Positions 11,863-22,487 of a stretch of 64,000 nt of DNA are shown one piece after another. The notes below the pieces were generated by a model. That model saw nothing but the letters and a program-made list of their open reading frames with translations, was not told the origin of the DNA and made no database searches. The DNA is from SAR202 cluster bacterium AG-426-M11. GTDB taxonomy: Bacteria; Chloroflexota; Dehalococcoidia; Lucifugimonadales; UBA826. The DNA is taken from positions 4,949 through 68,948 of the forward strand of contig QCNV01000004.1 in assembly GCA_003213095.1 (NCBI GenBank), written 5' to 3'. How positions within the stretch are numbered: position 1 is the first letter of the stretch; every line of letters starts with the position of its first letter. The translations under genes and the position numbers were made by a program.

Positions 11863-12791
11863 GAATTGAAAATACCATTTACTACTTGTTTAATAGGATT
11901 TCTTTTTCTAGAAATTTTATTTTTTAATTCATTAATATAATTAGTTGGAGCAATCAACATGGGGTTTGTTTTGCGTCGCAGGTCTGACAATTTTGTCTCG
12001 CCTAAATCCCATTCTTCTACTAGTGTATCTATTTTAGACCAATGTGTTTCATTATTATTAATATTAATTTTTAAAGCTGAACAATTAGATTCGTTAATGA
12101 TTGCTAATCCACCACTGATATCCCACATATACGCAGAAGAAATGACAGCGTATTGAGAAATATTCAGAGCTACCATAAGAATTTCATAAGCAATGCTTCC
12201 CCCCATTCTCAATTCTCCAGATAGTGGTAAAAAATCATTAGAAAACTTATATCTTCTAGAAAAAAAACCTGGAAGGGTGATCAATGAATTAGCATCAAGT
12301 TTTCTGTTTTTAGAGGTATCAATAGATTTCCCATCAAGACTAATACCATTTCCGGCACTGGCATGAACAACTCGTCCAGAATTTATAGAATTTGGCCAAG
12401 GAATAAAAATAGCCCCAACAACTGGTTCTCCTTTATACAAAACTCCTATAGAACAAGCATAAATTGGAAAACCGTACATAAAATTCCTAGTCCCATCCAA
12501 GGGATCTAATACCCAAACATAATCTGGAGCTAAATCATTCTGAGATTCGCTTTCCTCACCCACAATTCCATGATCAGGAAATTCTTTTTTGATTTCATCA
12601 GATAAGAAAGATTGAACTTTTTTGTCAGCTTTCGTAACAGGATCACGTAAATTTGAATCTTTAAATTCAATAGATAAATCAAATTTTGTAAGGAGATCGG
12701 GAAAATAGGAATGTAAAATTTCTCCAGATTCTCGCGCTATTTTAAAAGCATGATTTTCAATTTTTTTTAAAAAATCTTGATCCAATGTCAT
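11859..12791 (-). CDS. Inositol monophosphatase family protein
   Basis: GEE, WVLDPLDGTRNF, WDISGG. Confidence 0.92.
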   Translation of the reverse strand: MTLDQDFLKKIENHAFKIARESGEILHSYFPDLLTKFDLSIEFKDSNLRDPVTKADKKVQSFLSDEIKKEFPDHGIVGEESESQNDLAPDYVWVLDPLDGTRNFMYGFPIYACSIGVLYKGEPVVGAIFIPWPNSINSGRVVHASAGNGISLDGKSIDTSKNRKLDANSLITLPGFFSRRYKFSNDFLPLSGELRMGGSIAYEILMVALNISQYAVISSAYMWDISGGLAIINESNCSALKININNNETHWSKIDTLVEEWDLGETKLSDLRRKTNPMLIAPTNYINELKNKISRKRNPIKQVVNGIFNS

Positions 12792-12793
12792 AT

Positions 12794-13261
12794 TTAATTT
12801 ATCTGACTCATTGAATCAATTGCTTTTAATGCAGCTATTGCATAATCCTCACCCTCATTACCTTTTTTACCTCCTACTCGATCTAGAGCTTGTTCAACAT
12901 TATGAGTAGTAAGAACTCCGAAAATCACTGGAATATCATTATCTATAGCGACTCTGCCAATTCCTTGAGTAACAGCTAAAGACACGTATTCATAATGATC
13001 AGTGTCTCCTTTTATTACTGCTCCTAGACAAATTATTGCATCAAATTTTTTAGATTTCGCGAGTTTTGAAGCTATCACAGGAATTTCAAATGACCCTGAG
13101 ACTTCTAGCTCTAAAATATTTTCAGAACGTACATGGTTAGAAATTAAAGTTTTTTTAGTTGCATCTAATAGTTTTGAAGTAATAAAACTGTTATATTCTG
13201 CAACTATAATTCCAATAGAAATTTCTGACCTATCAGGGTTTTGTTTTAAAGATTCATTCAT
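12794..13261 (-). CDS. ribH: 6,7-dimethyl-8-ribityllumazine synthase
   Basis: VSGSFEIP, LGAVIKGDTDHYEYV, FGVLT. Confidence 0.96.
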   Translation of the reverse strand: MNESLKQNPDRSEISIGIIVAEYNSFITSKLLDATKKTLISNHVRSENILELEVSGSFEIPVIASKLAKSKKFDAIICLGAVIKGDTDHYEYVSLAVTQGIGRVAIDNDIPVIFGVLTTHNVEQALDRVGGKKGNEGEDYAIAALKAIDSMSQIN

Positions 13262-14486
13262 TTATATCTTCGTCCACTACAAGATCATCTGAATCCAATA
13301 AATGTCCCATTCTTGTTCTTTTTGTGTCCATATAATCAATATTCTCTTTTCGATATTTTGCAATTATTGGAATAGTTTCTGTAATTTCAAGATTAAAACC
13401 TTCTAATCCAACTCTTTTTGTAGGATTGTTAGTGATTAATCTCATTTTTCTAACTCCTAAATCCTCTAAAATTTGCGCCCCAATTCCATATTGTCTTGGA
13501 TCAGGCGGAAATCCTAATTGAACATTAGCATCCACTGTGTCATATCCTTGTTCCTGTAATGCATATGCTTTTATTTTATTATGGATTCCTATTCCTCTTC
13601 CTTCCTGACGCATATATAGCAAAACTCCAGATCCTTCTAGAGAAATTTGCTCCATGGCTATTTCTACTTGATCTCCACAATCACATTTGTTACTTCCAAA
13701 AACATCTCCTGTCAGACACTCACTATGTACTCTCACAAGTAAAGGTTTACTAGAATCAATTTCACCTTTAATTAAAGCAATGTGATCAGCTTGATCAACC
13801 ATACTAGAATAAGAAACAATCCTGAAATCTCCATAGGAGGTGGGAATTTTTGCCTCTGCAATTCTTTCAATCAATTTTTCATGAGTTCTGCGATATTTGA
13901 TTAAATCAGCAACAGTTATAATTTTTATATCATGTGTCTTAGCAAAAATTTCTAAGTCTGGCATCCTTGCCATTTCTCCATTGTCACCTACAATTTCACA
14001 AATCACAGCTGCTTCTTTTAAACCTGCGATTCTACAAATATCTACAGAAGCTTCAGTTTGACCTGTCCTTTTTAATACTCCTCCATCCATATATTTAAGA
14101 GGGAAAATATGACCAGGACGGCCTAAATCTTCAGGTTTAGTATCGGGATCAATTAAAGCTTTGATTGTCGCAGACCTATCGGAGGCAGAAATTCCAGTAG
14201 AGGTGCCTTTAAGATAATCGACTGAAACAGTAAAGGCAGTACTTAATGGAGCTGTGTTTTGAGGAACCATAAGAGGCAAATTCAAATGCTCTAAATCTTC
14301 TCCCAACATTGGCACGCATATCAAACCTTTCCCATAAGTAGCCATGAAATTTATAGCTTCAGGAGTAATTTTCTCCGCTGCCATAGTCAAATCGCCTTCG
14401 TTTTCTCTATCCTCATCATCAACAATAATTACCATTTTGCCTTGCTTAATATCATTGACAGCATCTTCGATTTTGGAAAGTGGCAT
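13254..14486 (-). CDS. ribBA: Bifunctional DHBP synthase / GTP cyclohydrolase II
   Basis: DDEDRENEGD, RVHSECLTGD...CDCG, QEGRGIG. Confidence 0.97.
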   Translation of the reverse strand: MPLSKIEDAVNDIKQGKMVIIVDDEDRENEGDLTMAAEKITPEAINFMATYGKGLICVPMLGEDLEHLNLPLMVPQNTAPLSTAFTVSVDYLKGTSTGISASDRSATIKALIDPDTKPEDLGRPGHIFPLKYMDGGVLKRTGQTEASVDICRIAGLKEAAVICEIVGDNGEMARMPDLEIFAKTHDIKIITVADLIKYRRTHEKLIERIAEAKIPTSYGDFRIVSYSSMVDQADHIALIKGEIDSSKPLLVRVHSECLTGDVFGSNKCDCGDQVEIAMEQISLEGSGVLLYMRQEGRGIGIHNKIKAYALQEQGYDTVDANVQLGFPPDPRQYGIGAQILEDLGVRKMRLITNNPTKRVGLEGFNLEITETIPIIAKYRKENIDYMDTKRTRMGHLLDSDDLVVDEDINE

Positions 14487-14496
14487 AATAAATCCT

Positions 14497-15078
14497 TTAG
14501 TTATTAAACTTTAGAATATTCTCAACATATTTTGAAATCATGTCTACTTCAATATTCACTATAGACCCTACGGGTTTAATTCCAAAAACTGTATGATCTC
14601 TAGTATATGGAATTAGAGTAATAGCAAATGAATTTTTGTCGCATTTTACAACTGTCAAACTAGCTCCGTCCACGCAGATATATCCTTTTTCCACAATATA
14701 TTTTGAAAGTTCACTGTCAATATTAACAACAATCAGCTGAGCATCACCGTCGGGTATAATGGCTGAAATTTCTCCTGTGCCATCAACATGCCCTTGAACT
14801 AAATGACCTCCAATTCGCCCACCGTATACAACTGATCGTTCCAAATTTACAGGTGAATCAACAGATAACCCTTTCAAATTAGTTCTACGTAAAGTTTCAG
14901 GCACAACATTAACCAAAAAATTATCTTGTTTTTTTTCTACTACCGTCAGACAAACTCCATTTACAGCAATACTATCTTTCACATTCAAATCAGGCAAAAC
15001 AATATCTGCTTGAATAGAAATTTCAGAATCCGAAATTTTTAAAATTTTTCCTAACTCTTCTACAATTCCTGTAAACAT
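14497..15078 (-). CDS. ribE: Riboflavin synthase alpha chain
   Basis: MFTGIVEE N-terminus, GGHLVQGHVDG. Confidence 0.97.
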   Translation of the reverse strand: MFTGIVEELGKILKISDSEISIQADIVLPDLNVKDSIAVNGVCLTVVEKKQDNFLVNVVPETLRRTNLKGLSVDSPVNLERSVVYGGRIGGHLVQGHVDGTGEISAIIPDGDAQLIVVNIDSELSKYIVEKGYICVDGASLTVVKCDKNSFAITLIPYTRDHTVFGIKPVGSIVNIEVDMISKYVENILKFNN

Positions 15079-15083
15079 ATAAC

Positions 15084-16157
15084 TTATTTTACATATCCTG
15101 TAATTAAAATATCATCATCAAATTCAGTAATACTAACATTAGATAGATTTTGTACATCTTTCATTGTGATTGCCCCTTCCCCACCTATTGGAGATTTTGA
15201 AAATTCTCCCCCAATGATTTTGGGTGCAATAAAAGCCTCAATTTTATCGACAAGATTTTTATCAAAAAAATCTCCAATCAATTGATTCCCTCCTTCAACA
15301 AGAATTGATTTAATATCCATTTCGCCTAAATTTTTTAAAATTTCATCTAAATTTAATTTACCTTCATTTGTTCCAAATTTTTTAATAATATGTTGTTTAG
15401 ATATGTTTTTTAACTCAGTAGATTGAGATGTTGCAACGAATGTTTTAGATTCAGAATTAAAAATATTTGAATCAGTGGGAATTTTTAGGCTAGAATCCAA
15501 AACAATTCTAAGGGGCTGTCTTCCTGATAAAGGGGCATGCCTACCTCTAGATGTTAAAGTTGGATTGTCAACTATTGCAGTATTTGAACCCACCATAACT
15601 CCATCATTGATTGATCTAAGAAAATGAACATAATCTCTAGATTTATCGTTTGTAATCCATTTGGATTGGCCTGATTTTGTAGATATTTTACCGTCTAAAC
15701 TCATTGCAAATTTAACTGTTATAAAAGGAATAGCTGTACGAGAAAATTTAAAGTGAGCTTCCATGATTTTTTTAGATTCCATTTCATTGTCACCGATTTC
15801 AACTTTTAAACCTGCATCTAGTAATGCTTGTACTCCGTGACCATTAACTCTTTTGTCTGGATCTTTTACAGAAATAAATATTTGTGTAATCCCAGAATTA
15901 ATAATCAAATCAGTACACGGTGGAGTTCTCCCATAATGACAACAAGGTTCTAAAGTCACATACAAAGATGCGCCTGATAAATCAGTTTTACAATTTTGAA
16001 TAGCCATCTTTTCAGCATGATCAAATCCAGGAATGTCTGTCCAACCTGTAGAAATTACTTTTCCATCTTTAACAATTACCGCACCCACAGGTGGATTTGG
16101 ATTACAAATACCTAAAGATTTTTTGCTAGCTTCTAAAGCTAAATGCATATATGACAT
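15084..16157 (-). CDS. ribD: Riboflavin deaminase/reductase
   Basis: PNPPVGAV, HAE, LEPCCHYGRTPPC, SLDGK, VEGG. ATG at 16157 preferred because it avoids overlap with dcd. Confidence 0.96.
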   Translation of the reverse strand: MSYMHLALEASKKSLGICNPNPPVGAVIVKDGKVISTGWTDIPGFDHAEKMAIQNCKTDLSGASLYVTLEPCCHYGRTPPCTDLIINSGITQIFISVKDPDKRVNGHGVQALLDAGLKVEIGDNEMESKKIMEAHFKFSRTAIPFITVKFAMSLDGKISTKSGQSKWITNDKSRDYVHFLRSINDGVMVGSNTAIVDNPTLTSRGRHAPLSGRQPLRIVLDSSLKIPTDSNIFNSESKTFVATSQSTELKNISKQHIIKKFGTNEGKLNLDEILKNLGEMDIKSILVEGGNQLIGDFFDKNLVDKIEAFIAPKIIGGEFSKSPIGGEGAITMKDVQNLSNVSITEFDDDILITGYVK

Positions 16158-16158
16158 T

Positions 16159-16731
16159 CTAATCTGTCGTTTCAAAATCCTGATGAATTTTACTTGCTGT
16201 AGGTACTGATTGTCCTTGATATTTACTTCCTAAAATTGGTGAACCATAAGGATGATCAGCTGGAGTAGTTAATCTTAAATAAGACAATTGACCAATTTTC
16301 ATTTTGTAATACAAAGTGATAGGAAGGTTAGCAACATTACTAAGTTCTAAAGTCAAATGTCCTTTAAATCCCGGGTCAACATACCCAGCTGTAGAATGAA
16401 TCAATAAACCTAACCTACCTAAAGAACTTTTTCCTTCTACCCTTGCAACCAAATCGTCAGGTAGTTCAATTTGTTCAAGAGTGCTACCTAAAACAAATTC
16501 TCCCGGATGCAATATAAATGGGACATCTTCTTTAATTTGAACTTTCTCAGTTAAATCTTTCAAATCTTTTCTGACATCAATATATGGAAGTCTAGAATTT
16601 CTAAAAACTAAAAACGTATTGTCCAAGTGTACGTCTACACTAGCAGGTTGAATCGAATTCTTACCAAGCGGGTCAACGACTATTCTCCCTGCAGCTATTT
16701 CTTCTCTTATAGTTCTATCACTTAAAACCAT
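16159..16731 (-). CDS. dcd: dCTP deaminase
   Basis: [34 protein letters not shown]. Confidence 0.95.
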   Translation of the reverse strand: MVLSDRTIREEIAAGRIVVDPLGKNSIQPASVDVHLDNTFLVFRNSRLPYIDVRKDLKDLTEKVQIKEDVPFILHPGEFVLGSTLEQIELPDDLVARVEGKSSLGRLGLLIHSTAGYVDPGFKGHLTLELSNVANLPITLYYKMKIGQLSYLRLTTPADHPYGSPILGSKYQGQSVPTASKIHQDFETTD

Positions 16732-16748
16732 TTGAATCCCCCAAAATT

Positions 16749-17591
16749 TTATTGAATACCAAACATCACATTAACAGTTAAAGATAATTCTAATTCACCC
16801 CCACTGATAGAAGTAGAGTAAGGGGCAGAAGCCATAGCTCTCATTCCATAATTTTCGAAAGTAGAAGAAACTGATGAGCTGCCTTCTGACAATAATAATA
16901 CAGGGCCTAAAATTATCCCTGTTAAATCAGCATAATGCGATGCTTTCTCTAATGCTTCCTGTATAGCCAATTCTCGTAACTCTGATTGATGTGAACTAGG
17001 ATCATCAACACTGAAACTAATACTGTTGATCCTAGTAAAATCTCCTCCAGCATTCGATGCATCATCTATGATTTTTCCAACCTTATCCAAATTTCTTATC
17101 TTCACTTTTAGTGAATTTGTGACAGTATATCCCACTAAAATTTGAGAACCAATTCTTCGACCATTCATAGTAATTTCTTCATAATCATATCGAGGTAATA
17201 TATCAAAACGATTGGTCTGAACATCAATTTGACTTACTTTGTTTTTAAACAAAGATGATTCTATATCTTCAATGGATTTTGCTGCAGTATTTCTTGCTAA
17301 AGTCACAGTTTCAGCAAAAACTTCAACTCCAACATTTAATAATGCTAAATCGGGCTCTACCATTTTACTCCCTTGACCTGAAACAGAAATTCCATGAGAT
17401 GTATTTGAGCTCAAATCAGGTGAGAATCCATTCCTATTTAATACGGAGGAATTTGTAGAAAATTGATTGGTTAATGTACCAGAAAAGGCGGGAGTTTCAA
17501 TTTTTGTATTAGTAACATCTTCAGATTCACAGCCTACTAATGTAAAAAGTACTCCAGAGAGTATAAGTAATAAGTTTAATTTTTTATTCAT
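16749..17591 (-). CDS. SIMPL (DUF541) domain lipoprotein
   Basis: Lipobox LVGC, ISVSGQG...[17 protein letters not shown]. Confidence 0.85.
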   Translation of the reverse strand: MNKKLNLLLILSGVLFTLVGCESEDVTNTKIETPAFSGTLTNQFSTNSSVLNRNGFSPDLSSNTSHGISVSGQGSKMVEPDLALLNVGVEVFAETVTLARNTAAKSIEDIESSLFKNKVSQIDVQTNRFDILPRYDYEEITMNGRRIGSQILVGYTVTNSLKVKIRNLDKVGKIIDDASNAGGDFTRINSISFSVDDPSSHQSELRELAIQEALEKASHYADLTGIILGPVLLLSEGSSSVSSTFENYGMRAMASAPYSTSISGGELELSLTVNVMFGIQ

Positions 17592-17646
17592 GGATCTCTC
17601 CTTTCACCCAAGAATGATTAATACAACTATGATAGAGGATATATAA

Positions 17647-18249
17647 TTGATGTCTATGAAAATTTTATCTCATTCAACTAAATCACTAATTAGAGAAAGT
17701 ATTGAAACAATTTTATTGATTTCACTAATCATATCTGTATTTCATATTTCTCTTCAAAATTTCCAAGTAGAGGGGTCTAGTATGGATCCAAATATTAAAG
17801 AAGGAAATTGCGTAGTGGCCGAAAAAGTAACATATTGGAAAAAACCTGAATTATTTTCTAATTACCTCCATGATAATTACATTTTCGATCAACCTAACAG
17901 GGGTGAAGTCGTCATATTTAAATTCCCCAACGATCCTAGTAGGTTTTTTGTAAAAAGAATTATTGCTATAGAAGGGGATTCTGTTGAAATCAAATACGGG
18001 AATGTCTATGTAAATAATATTAAAATCGATGAGCCATATTTAACTCACCTTAATTCTGAATCTGAATATCTATCTCCAGCCATCATAGGGGAAAATCAAT
18101 ATTATGTTCTTGGAGACAACAGAACAGGTAGTAACGATTCCCGAAACTGGGGGACAATTTCAGACGAGCATATTATAGGAAAATATTTTTTCAAATATGG
18201 ATCAAACATATGCAATTCTTTTCTCACTTCATCTAAAGGATTGCGATAA
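17647..18249 (+). CDS. lepB: Signal peptidase I
   Basis: GSSMDP (Ser), FVKRII (Lys), GDNRTGSNDSRNWG. Confidence 0.95.
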   Translation: MMSMKILSHSTKSLIRESIETILLISLIISVFHISLQNFQVEGSSMDPNIKEGNCVVAEKVTYWKKPELFSNYLHDNYIFDQPNRGEVVIFKFPNDPSRFFVKRIIAIEGDSVEIKYGNVYVNNIKIDEPYLTHLNSESEYLSPAIIGENQYYVLGDNRTGSNDSRNWGTISDEHIIGKYFFKYGSNICNSFLTSSKGLR

Positions 18250-18291
18250 ACACGTTACTATCTGATAATACGTGTTTGTGTTAAATAGTTA

Positions 18292-18367
18292 GGGCCGGTA
18301 GCTCAGTTGGTAGAGCAATGGACTTTTAATCCATGTGTCGTGAGTTCGAATCTCACCCGGCTCACCA
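18292..18367 (+). tRNA. tRNA-Lys(TTT)
   Basis: Cloverleaf GGGCCGG...CCGGCTC-ACCA, anticodon loop CTTTTAA, T-loop TTCGAAT. Confidence 0.96.
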
Positions 18368-18447
18368 ACTATTTAATTTTTTTGATAATTCCACTACTAT
18401 ATTCAATCTTAAGCATCAAAAATTACTAGACTACAGATCCTAATTTT

Positions 18448-19629
18448 ATGGAAAAATCTTATCAACAAAAACAAAACCTGTACGAACCCCTCAAAGGTAT
18501 CAAAGTCGTTGAAGTTGCTCAGGGAGTTGCCGGACCACATTGCGGTAAAATCCTGGCAGGACTAGGCGCGGAAGTATTAAAAGTTGAGATTCCACCAGAT
18601 GGAGACTGGAGCAGAAAATTTGGTCCAATGATTCCGAGTAAAGATGATTTAGAATCTAGTGCACTTTTTCTTCATAACAACACAGGGAAAAAAAGTGTAG
18701 TCATGGATTGGACAGAAAAAGAAGGATTTGTAAATCTACAAAATCTCATTAACAAATCTGATATTCTCATAGAAGACTGGGATTTAAAAGATAGAAAATC
18801 ACTAAACATTTCAAAAGATTTTTTTATCAAACAAAACCCTAAGCTTATTGAAATGTGTGTCACGGCATTTGGATTATCCGGACCTTACAGCACATATAAA
18901 TCTACGCCTATGATTTTATTCGCTTTAGGAGGGTTCATGAACATCATGGGATCTCCTGACAAAAAACCTATCATGTTGCCAGGATTTCAGGCTGATTATG
19001 TTACAGGAATCAACGCTAATAATGCGATTCAAATCGCTTTATGGGAAAGAGATTCCATTTCTAACAAAGGCCAATTTCTTGAATTATCAATGATAGAAAC
19101 TCTAATCAACTTACACCAAGCACCATTCGAAATGGATCATGGGGGCAATAGACAAAGAATGGGGCATAGACAATCTGCATTAAGCGCTAAAGGATTCCCT
19201 CCAGGAGTCAGTTCAGTTCCTGCGGAAGACGGATATTTGACTTTTGGCGGAGGCTCACAACCAATTTTTGAAACACTTTGTCTAATGTTAGGTAGACCAG
19301 AATTAATTGAAACTGAAGAATTTCAGAATGTATTCAAAAACCCTGAATCTGGAGTGCTAATGGATAAATACATGATTGACTGGATGAAAGGAAAAACAAA
19401 ACAAGAAGTTTTCATTGAAGTTTCAACACAATGGCTGCTACCAGTATCACCTATCAACACAATCCGTGACATATTAGAAGACGAGCAATTCAATCATAAA
19501 AATGCTTTTCAAGAAATAGATCACCCAATGGTAGGATTAGCCAAATACGCTAGATTACCTTTTTCTATTAACAATAAAAAATTAAACATCAAACGAGCAC
19601 CATTATTAGGTGAAAACTCAAATGAATAA
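18448..19629 (+). CDS. Class III (CaiB/BaiF) CoA-transferase
   Basis: LKGIKVVE...AGP...LGAEVLKVE, NTGKKSV, ADYVTG (catalytic Asp position). Confidence 0.92.
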   Translation: MEKSYQQKQNLYEPLKGIKVVEVAQGVAGPHCGKILAGLGAEVLKVEIPPDGDWSRKFGPMIPSKDDLESSALFLHNNTGKKSVVMDWTEKEGFVNLQNLINKSDILIEDWDLKDRKSLNISKDFFIKQNPKLIEMCVTAFGLSGPYSTYKSTPMILFALGGFMNIMGSPDKKPIMLPGFQADYVTGINANNAIQIALWERDSISNKGQFLELSMIETLINLHQAPFEMDHGGNRQRMGHRQSALSAKGFPPGVSSVPAEDGYLTFGGGSQPIFETLCLMLGRPELIETEEFQNVFKNPESGVLMDKYMIDWMKGKTKQEVFIEVSTQWLLPVSPINTIRDILEDEQFNHKNAFQEIDHPMVGLAKYARLPFSINNKKLNIKRAPLLGENSNE

Positions 19630-20809
19630 TTCTCCTTCTTTAAACAATTTAAGAATTTTAGACCTCACCAGAATCTGGGCTGGACCATTAGGAACACGTA
19701 CTCTAGGTGATTTTGGCGCAGACGTGATTAAAGTGAGTGATCCAAGAAATCCTATTTCATCTGAAGCACATGTTAATGAGAAACTAAATCGAAACAAAAA
19801 AAATATAGCCCTAAGACTAGATACTAAAAAGGGAAGAGATATTTTTCTAGAATTAGTCAGAATTTCTGATGTACTCGTAGAAAATTACAGACCTCGCGTG
19901 ATGAGAAATTTTAACCTTACATATGATGATATTAAAAAGGTCAATCCAAACATCATTATGTGTTCAATGCCCGGGTTTGGATTAGATGGACCATATTCTG
20001 AATTTCCAGCATTTGGATCTACTGCCGAAGCAATGTCAGGAATAGTTTCTATGATGGGATATGAAGAAAACCACCCTATTCAAACAGGTATGTCTTATGC
20101 TGATCCAGTCTCAGCTATTAATTTAGTAGGAACTCTCTTAACTTATGCTCGCCACAGAAGTATTACTGGGGAGGGATGTTTCATTGAAATTGATCTATCT
20201 GATAGCCCTTTGGGAGGAATTGGTGAATATATCGTCGCAAATTCTGTAACAGGATACCAACGACCAATTCAAGGAAACTCTCATGAACAATTTAGCCCTC
20301 ATGATGCATTTCCATCAAAGAATACTGATGAATGGATTGCTATAAGCATCACAACAGAAAATGAATGGGGTAAATTTAAAGAAATTACCTCTATAGAATC
20401 CTTAAATGACTCAAAATTTTCATCCTTTAAATCAAGAAAAAAACATGAAGTAGATTTATATGAAATAATTTCAAAATGGACTCAAAAATTTTCATCTACA
20501 GAATTGATGGAATTACTTCAACAAAACGAAATTCCTGCAGGAAGATTATCTAACTACCATCAGATACTATCTGACCCGCATTTAAATTCAAGAGAGTACT
20601 TCGTAGATTTTTCTGATATAAATCAACGATACGATGGCCAAGCTATCCCTGGCCACCAATTATCAAAAGAAAAGTGGACACCTATGGATGAATTAGGTAA
20701 GTCATCTAAATATATTTTACGAAACTATTTGGGATATACTCAATCTGAAATAGACTCTCTCGAAGAAGAAGAAATTATAAAACCCGCAACGGGAGATTAT
20801 TTCATTTGA
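19622..20809 (+). CDS. Class III (CaiB/BaiF) CoA-transferase
   Basis: LRILDLTRIWAGP...GADVIKV, NRNKK, ENYRP, ADPVSA. ATG overlaps the upstream stop. Confidence 0.92.
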   Translation: MNNSPSLNNLRILDLTRIWAGPLGTRTLGDFGADVIKVSDPRNPISSEAHVNEKLNRNKKNIALRLDTKKGRDIFLELVRISDVLVENYRPRVMRNFNLTYDDIKKVNPNIIMCSMPGFGLDGPYSEFPAFGSTAEAMSGIVSMMGYEENHPIQTGMSYADPVSAINLVGTLLTYARHRSITGEGCFIEIDLSDSPLGGIGEYIVANSVTGYQRPIQGNSHEQFSPHDAFPSKNTDEWIAISITTENEWGKFKEITSIESLNDSKFSSFKSRKKHEVDLYEIISKWTQKFSSTELMELLQQNEIPAGRLSNYHQILSDPHLNSREYFVDFSDINQRYDGQAIPGHQLSKEKWTPMDELGKSSKYILRNYLGYTQSEIDSLEEEEIIKPATGDYFI

Positions 20810-20876
20810 TTTTTATCTGGTAGTTAATAATTATGAATCCAAAAGTAAAAAACTTTGAATTTTAAAGGAGATATCT

Positions 20877-22478
20877 ATGCCTATAGACCCTAACAGAGAA
20901 ATGTGGAAACCAGGAATGCCGTGGGAAGATGCAATTTCGGATATTGAATATATCAAAAACATAGCAAAAGAAATGGGTGGAAAAGATAGAATTGAGAGGC
21001 AACACAAAGCTGGGCTCTACACTATAAGAGAGCGAATTGACAAAATTCTCGACACAGACAGTTTTCTAGAATACGGACCCATGATTGGCGCAGCAGAATT
21101 TGATGATAACGGAAACATTACCGAATTCACACCTGGTGGATATGTAATGGGTCTTGGTGAAATTGATGGCAGACCAGTTGCTATTGGAGGTGACGATTTC
21201 ACAATCTCTGGAGGAAGTCCACATAATGTTCATAAATCCCCAAGAGATTTTGTCCAACCTTTAGCTATCCAGTACGGTATCCCTTATGTTCAATTGATTC
21301 AAGGAGCTGGACATAGCTCAAAAGCGGACGAAGCAGCAGGTCATATGGGATTACCCGACGGTGGAATGTGGTGGAGAAATGTAGAAACTCTTAAAAATGT
21401 TCCTGTAGCAACAGGAATTCTAGGCCCGGTAGCAGGATGGCCTGCAGCCCATGCTCTAATGTCTCATTTTACTGTAATGATTAAAGAAAAATCTCAGATT
21501 TTCCCTTCGGGACCACCTGTTGTTCAAAGAGCGATCGGAGAAACACTTTCAAAAGAAGAACTGGGTGGATACAAAATGCATGTTTATGAAAGCGGTCAGG
21601 TAGATAATGTCGCTGAATCTGAAGAAGATGCATACGAACAAATCAAAAAATTTCTTTCATTTCTACCAAACAACACTAGTGAGGTAGCAGCTCGAGTTGA
21701 AACTGGTGATTCCCCTGATAGAAGACCTGAAGAATTATTAAATATTATTCCACCAAACAGAAAAAGATCTTACGATCCCAGAAAATTAATTCGTTTAGTT
21801 GTGGATAACGGAGACTTCTTTGAAATGCGTGAACATTATGCAGGTTCAATCATCACAGGTTTCGCTAGAATGGATGGTTACAGTGTAGGAATTCTAGCCA
21901 GTGACCCTAAAGTTTTAGCTGGTGCTATGGATGGGTGGGCCGCAGAAAAATATGCACATTTTGTAGATTTATGTGATGCATTCAATATGCCTGTAATGAT
22001 TTTCTTAGATATGCCAGGATTCATGTTAGGCTCTCATGCAGAAAGAAAAGCAACAATGAGAAGAGGTATTTCAGCTCTCATAGCCAGCTATGAGGCTGAT
22101 GTTCCTAAAATAGAATTCAACATCAGAAAATCTTATGGAGTTGCAGCAGATGCTCCTAATAGTCTGGGGCATCCAAATGGAGTGAACCTAAGATACGGAT
22201 GGCCTGCAGGAGAATACGGTGGAATTCCTATTGAAGGAGGAGTTGCAGCGGCTTACAGACGTGAAATTGAAAACGCACCTGATCCTGAAGCTCACAGAAC
22301 GATGATAGAAGACAGATTACTAAAATTACGCTCTCCATTTAGAGCTGCTTTCCATGGAGACATGGTTGATTTAATTGACCCTAGAGAGACTAGATACTTG
22401 GCGTGCAAATTTGTAAAACTAGCTCAACCTGTGTTGAAAAAACTAGCTCAACGTCCAAAACGAACAGTCCGACCATAA
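20877..22478 (+). CDS. Acyl-CoA carboxylase/decarboxylase carboxyltransferase subunit (PccB-like)
   Basis: MGG...ERQH...TIRERI, DFTISGGS, EELGG, DMPGF, IDPRETR. Confidence 0.9.
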   Translation: MPIDPNREMWKPGMPWEDAISDIEYIKNIAKEMGGKDRIERQHKAGLYTIRERIDKILDTDSFLEYGPMIGAAEFDDNGNITEFTPGGYVMGLGEIDGRPVAIGGDDFTISGGSPHNVHKSPRDFVQPLAIQYGIPYVQLIQGAGHSSKADEAAGHMGLPDGGMWWRNVETLKNVPVATGILGPVAGWPAAHALMSHFTVMIKEKSQIFPSGPPVVQRAIGETLSKEELGGYKMHVYESGQVDNVAESEEDAYEQIKKFLSFLPNNTSEVAARVETGDSPDRRPEELLNIIPPNRKRSYDPRKLIRLVVDNGDFFEMREHYAGSIITGFARMDGYSVGILASDPKVLAGAMDGWAAEKYAHFVDLCDAFNMPVMIFLDMPGFMLGSHAERKATMRRGISALIASYEADVPKIEFNIRKSYGVAADAPNSLGHPNGVNLRYGWPAGEYGGIPIEGGVAAAYRREIENAPDPEAHRTMIEDRLLKLRSPFRAAFHGDMVDLIDPRETRYLACKFVKLAQPVLKKLAQRPKRTVRP

Positions 22479-22487
22479 GGAGAATTC

